A stretch of DNA of 64,000 nt from Octopus vulgaris (lineage: Eukaryota). Shown piece after piece: positions 56,330 through 64,000 of this stretch (within the stretch, counting starts at the first letter, position 1; each line of letters begins with the position of its first letter). Under the pieces are notes generated by a model that was not told where the DNA came from, made no database searches, and saw nothing but the letters and a program-made list of their open reading frames with translations. The stretch spans positions 3,844,001-3,908,000 of the forward strand of contig OX597837.1 in the NCBI GenBank assembly GCA_951406725.2, in the 5' to 3' direction. The translations under genes and the position numbers were made by a program.

Positions 56330-56583
56330 ATATTCTTCTTTTTCCCTTTCTTTCTCTTTCCTTTTTTCTGTCTTCTTTTCCCCACTTATAAAATTGAAAC
56401 TTAAAGACTGATGACGTAATTCCATCAGTGTGTAGACGCTGGCTGCTCTCGTTTATACTTTAGATTTATTTGAATTACTATAATTTTGATTTTTTATCAC
56501 TTTCTATTTTGAACTCGACAAAGACAGGCTTGCTCTCCAAATATCGTTCAACCAATGAAATGTCTATTGCAATCGCTCTTCGT

Positions 56584-57960
<1,377 letters not shown>

Positions 57961-57969
57961 ATAATAATA

Positions 57970-58552
<583 letters not shown>

Positions 58553-58739
58553 GTAATCCTTTCTACTATAGGACCAAGGCCTGAAATGTGAGGGAAGAGT
58601 ACCCCAGTGATTCTCATCGACCCCAGTGATTCACTGGTGCTTAATTCATCGATTCCCAAAGGATGAATGGCAAAGAACATAAAGACGGATCGAATCCTGC
58701 AAAACATTTTCCCGGTATGCTAATCATATTGCCAACTCG

Positions 58740-59080
58740 GCCTTTAGTCGAGGAAATCAACCCCAGGACTTATTCTTTGTAAGCCTAGTACTTATTATAT
58801 CGGTCTCTTTTTGCCGAACAGCTAAGTTACGGGGACGTAAACACACCAGCATCGGTTGCGAAGCGATGTTTGGGAGACAAACACATAAACACACACACAC
58901 ACACACACACACGCATATATATATATATATATATATATGCATATATACGACGGGCTTCTTTCAGTTTCCATCTAACAAATCCACTCACAAGACACTTACC
59001 CAAGGTGAAACGCATTGGGACTGAACCCGGAACCATTTCATTGGGAAGCAAGCTCCTTACCACACATCCACGCCTGCGCC
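58740..59080 (-). mobile_element. SINE B, preceded by a decayed SINE A at 58556-58743
   Basis: Similarity to other copies. Confidence 0.85.
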
Positions 59081-59139
<59 letters not shown>

Positions 59140-59164
59140 GTGTGTGTGTGTGTCTGTATGCATG

Positions 59165-59203
<39 letters not shown>

Positions 59204-59390
59204 CTTTAAGTCAAAATATATGCATTCAATTAATGCAGTTGTGCTAATTAAAGAACCTCCTGAATGTATCATTCCGCAAAAGAGATGGAGTATATAGTAG
59301 TGCAGAAAATTTTAACGAGTGTATAATCTTTATGAATAACGAGAGAAATATAGTGTGGTAAAACTTATTTAAACATTGGAAATACTTATA

Positions 59391-59530
59391 TCACAACAAA
59401 TGTTTCGTAACTTAAAGCATGCAGAGATAATTTACTTTATTATATTTTATAATAAGTAAATTACTTACGTATCTGCATTGATATAAACAATTTTAAATTA
59501 ATGCAGATCTCAAGTTGCCTCATCGGGTGA
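59391..59530 (-). ncRNA. Type I hammerhead, U4C core, branched ~110-nt stem II
   Basis: tcac CCGATGA g gcaacttga..[atctgcatt/aatgcagat]..[taatttactt/aagtaaatta]..ttaagttac GAAA catttg TT gtga. Confidence 0.65.
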
Positions 59531-59948
59531 GAAAATCGAATTTAAACAATAATCTCTCGACATAACGTTTCTAGAACGCAGAGTCAATATTCAAAAATAG
59601 GACGTTAAGAATTTTGGAAGACAATAATAATAGAATTAATAGAAAATAATAAGACAGCTTTATAAAGGAGGGAAGAGAAATTTAGGAAGATAATTAAATT
59701 ATGATTAGTAGATAATATTGGTATAAGAAAAGTGATATATTTATTGTTAATAAGCGAGAAAGAAAAAAGACATCTTAAAGATAGCGAAAAAAATATATCA
59801 ATTTAAAACAAAATAAACGCTTTTAGAGACAATGTTTAAGAAATATATGAATGTATATATGTTTGTGTGCGTGTGTGTGTGTGCATATGTGTGTATGTAT
59901 GTGTGTGTGTGTGCGCGTAAGTATATATATATATACATTCACTTCCAT

Positions 59949-60280
59949 TGGCGCAGGAGAGTAAGTAGCTTGCTTACCAACCACATGGTTCAGGGTTCAG
60001 TCCCACTGCGTGGCATCTTGGGCAAGTGTCTTCTACTATAGCCTCCGGCCGACCATGGCCTTCTGAGTGGATTTGGTAGACGGAAACTGAAAGAAGCCTG
60101 TCGTGTATATGTATATATATATATATGTGTGTTTGTGTGTCTGTGTTTGTCCTCCCCAACATCGCTTGACAACCGATGCTGGTGTGTTCATGTCCCCATA
60201 ACTTAGCGGTTCGGCAACAGAGACCGATAGAATAAGTACTAGGCTTACAAAGAATAAGTTCTGGGGTTGATTTGCTCGAC
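59949..60280 (+). mobile_element. SINE B, truncated by (TA)n
   Basis: Similarity to other copies. Confidence 0.88.
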
Positions 60281-60307
60281 TATATATATATATGTATATA
60301 TATATAA

Positions 60308-60502
60308 ATGTAAATAGAGGAAATTTATCAGTAAAATAATATGTGATAATTATTCGGTGTTGTGGATTTCCACCTCGGCATCCGAAACTCAGAGTTTTAT
60401 CTTGGCTACCGAATAATTGTCACATATCATTTTACTGATAAATTTCCTCTATTTACATGATATTGAGGTATCTTTCTATCTTGTGTTATCTTACCGTTTT
60501 TA

Positions 60503-60506
<4 letters not shown>
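60308..60506 (+). mobile_element. Fold-back element in (TA)n, same family as 14997
   Basis: Arms 60308-60358 / 60408-60458; same 3' end ..cttaccgttttaccaa; retains only the 3' part of the HHR. Confidence 0.85.
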
Positions 60507-60565
<59 letters not shown>

Positions 60566-60694
60566 CGTAAATTAAAAACGTTGAATAGGTGCGCCTTCTA
60601 TTCCCATGTATACTAATGTCACTTTTTCTTTGGGGAGTTTATATCCCTTAATATTATACTATGATCTATACCCAATATACGGTGAAAACTCATA

Positions 60695-60741
<47 letters not shown>

Positions 60742-61358
60742 CATGCATACAGACGCACACGCACGCATACACACATATATTTGTATATATATTTGTTAAT
60801 ATGAATAGAAATGGCCATTCAACTTTTATTAAGTATTTTAAAGTTCTTTGATTTAGTTTTGAAACGATTCCTATTATACAGTTTATCCGTTGTGCTTTCA
60901 TCGCAATTCTGAATTGCATCGGCAATTATCACTCCGACACAGACAGAAGACAAAGTCCATAATATACTTTGATATATAAACATAAAACATAAATAAGTGT
61001 GTATATATATACGTACGTACGTATGTATGCATGTATGTATGTATGTATGTATGTATGTATGTATGTATGTATGTATGTATGTATGTGTGTGAGAATCATT
61101 GCGCATTTTGTGTTCGTACCCTGGTCATTAAGGCTCATCGGAAAATCAGCACCATTATGCAAATGAAGTTTAGAAGTTTCAATTATTATTAAAAGACACG
61201 GATTCTACATTTTATTTTTCAAAAATATCTCGTCTTTCCCTTGCTACACTCGTAGTCGTTCATATACGCACATGCAGACTCAGGCATACATGTATATATA
61301 TATATATATATACATACATATATACACCCACATATCTGTCTATATACATATATATATC

Positions 61359-61385
<27 letters not shown>

Positions 61386-61390
<5 letters not shown>

Positions 61391-61432
61391 TGTCCGACGA
61401 ACGGGAACGTGAAACTCAGAGTAACAGGTTTT
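61386..61432 (+). ncRNA. Type I hammerhead, U4C core
   Basis: aaaactgt CCGACGA acg-ggaa-cgt GAAA ctcagag TA acaggtttt; host element 61386-61530 lies between (TA)n tracts. Confidence 0.8.
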
Positions 61433-61528
61433 GTTGATTTTTCTGCTGCTTTAAATAAAGCATATTACTCTACCTCTGGTATTTGAGTACTTTTTTTCCA
61501 CCTTGTTTCACATTTATGTGTTTACTCC

Positions 61529-61945
<417 letters not shown>

Positions 61946-62452
61946 CGCACACACACACAAATATATAAAGAACATACGTATACATATAGTGGAAATATTA
62001 TTTCAAATGTCAGCCAGCGGTGCTCGAGGTATTAGCCACTTTACTACATGGGGTTCCTTCCTCAAACCCGTTTGCTTACAATTTTCATAAGTAGTTCTTC
62101 GCTTCTTAAGTTCTGCAGTTTATAAGATAAAAATAAGTGATACCTGCTGAGTTTTAATAACACTGAAGATATTAATTTCAGTCTATTTTATCAACTACCA
62201 CACCCCATGTGATTTGTCCCTTTTATCTTCTTTCCCATCCAGACTAAACATATTTGATTAATCACATAGAAACCAATATTTAGTGGATTGCTTGCATTAA
62301 GAGCATAGCATCTGCGAATTTCATTTCTTTTCAGAAATGCATTTGCTATATAATTATTGATCTTTATTTCTAAACATAACCTTTTCTATGGGCGTAGGTT
62401 TAAATTCTTTTTCATTAATTGTGTTTATCTCTACAATCGGCTTACTAAAATG

Positions 62453-62864
62453 CATATACTATATGTCTCAGAAACCTGGACGTTATCAAAGAAGCTTGAG
62501 AAGCGGTTGGATAGAACCTACACTCGCCTCCTTATGAGAGCTCAAAATCTCTCGTAGAAGCATCATCCAACCAAAATGCAAATATATGGGAAACTACCAC
62601 CTGTGTCATCTCTTGTGAAAGGTCGGAGAGTCGAGTTTGCTGGACATTGTTGTAGAGCTGAAAAAGAAGTAATTTCTACTCTTCTTCTCTGGAAGCCATC
62701 TACTCGCAATACCAGAGGGCGCACACTCTCCTACTCTGATGTAATCTCCATGGATACAGGCATCTAGCAGCAGGACCTCCATAATGCTATGATGGACCGT
62801 GAAGTCTGGCGTAGCATAGTAAATTCCATTGTCTCGACCACGGTCAAACAATGATGATGATGAT
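62453..62864 (+). pseudogene. RTE-clade LINE 3' end
   Basis: LYVSETWTLSKKLEKRLDRTYTRLL..RRVEFAGHCCR..AMMDREVWRSIV; (TGA)n tail. Confidence 0.85.
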
Positions 62865-62918
62865 GTATATCAAAACCTAGCAGACGCACTGCTGCTTCCG
62901 GTTATCTTATCGTTCAGC

Positions 62919-62959
<41 letters not shown>

Positions 62960-62994
62960 ACTTTTAATCTGTTTCAAAATGTTTGCTGACTTCA

Positions 62995-63410
62995 TTTCCA
63001 TTCCATGGGGACACAGGTTTATGATGTCTCTAATCTTTAGTTTTGGAGCGCAGGTGGTCTCACCTTCCTTTTCACTACTACGACTTTGTGGGATGTATCA
63101 TATCCTTTATGACATATTCTGGTGTTGTATGTTGAGACATTGATGACCTCGAAGGGTAAATCCGCTTATGCATCAAGCTTTTAGTTTTAAGGTGTTGCTA
63201 GTTTCACCTTGATTTTCAGTCACAAATTCGTGGTCTTTGATACTACACATGGTTTGTTGAGGGCCATACATCGTTGCCTATGAACAATGGAACGTTTTTC
63301 TGAATCCAGTATTTTGTCTCATGGAGATGAGGGATAGTGCCGAGTCCAGTTTTTGCTGTGGGGGTCCTTTGTGATCACGACTTTCTTCAGTTGGTATGTG
63401 TTACAGCCAT
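62995..63410 (-). pseudogene. Possible highly decayed RTE-like LINE fragment
   Basis: Only patchy peptides (NL*LKIKVK, KRKVRPPA); composition less AT-rich than the flanks. Confidence 0.3.
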
Positions 63411-64000
63411 AGAGGAAAAAAACGAACGCATGAATAACCTTCAAATTTTCACGTACGTTTTCCGTCAGAATACTTGATATCAAGAAAAACATTTCTTTCC
63501 TTCAATGCTATTCTGAACGAAACGATTGGTTAGGGCTGTTTCGATATTGAGGTTTTGGCACGGCTGATTGGGAATTGAACTTGATGTGGTGAAAGTACGG
63601 TTCGGTATTGGAGACAAGGGTGCAACACACACACGCGCACAAACACACAGAGCTGCAGAAATAGACACACTTTGAGAGAAAGAGAGAAAAAGGAAAGAGA
63701 AGGTAAGAAGGAAAAAGAGAGTGGAAAGAGGGGAAGAGAGAGAGAGAGAGAAAGGGAGGGGAGAGATGAAAAGAGAAGGTAGAGAGAGGGAAAAACAGAG
63801 GAGAGAAGAGAATGAGAGACGGAGAGAGGGAAGATAGACGGCGAGAGACGGAAAGAGAGAGAGGAAGAAAGGGGGAAAAGAGAGAGGGAGAAGGAATGAA
63901 AGAGGAAAACAGATCATTATCCAGTTCTTTCAATTAGGTGGAGAAAAAGATGGAAGGTACCTTCAGTAGGTACCTCGAACTACGATACTAAATATAACAG

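Noticed and set aside
63480-63933. Hydrophobic 145-aa and 141-aa ORFs
   Set aside because: Derived from a GA-rich low-complexity tract

Overview
This is a gene-poor, AT-rich eukaryotic window saturated with microsatellites and repeats. The SINE repertoire and (TA)n/(TAA)n/(TATG)n load suggest an octopus or other cephalopod genome; that assignment is inference. I see no intact host gene, and nearly all listed ORFs are microsatellite or SINE artefacts. Recognisable content: several tRNA-derived SINE families, decayed Tc1/mariner elements and MITEs, a non-autonomous Helitron, 3' fragments of RTE, CR1-like, Tx1 and R4/Dong LINEs, and a Penelope-like (PLE) GIY-YIG endonuclease fragment. The most striking hidden signal is more than a dozen type I hammerhead ribozyme (HHR) motifs, read by hand on both strands. 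They belong to several unrelated short non-coding element families that mostly sit in or beside (TA)n tracts and often show a PLE-style fold-back. Several have non-canonical cores (U4C, U3-A8, A6U) or greatly enlarged stem II, one has a tRNA (Pol III) head, and one 362-bp unit starts at its own predicted cleavage site. Together they point to a diverse set of non-autonomous Penelope-dependent or retrozyme-like elements.
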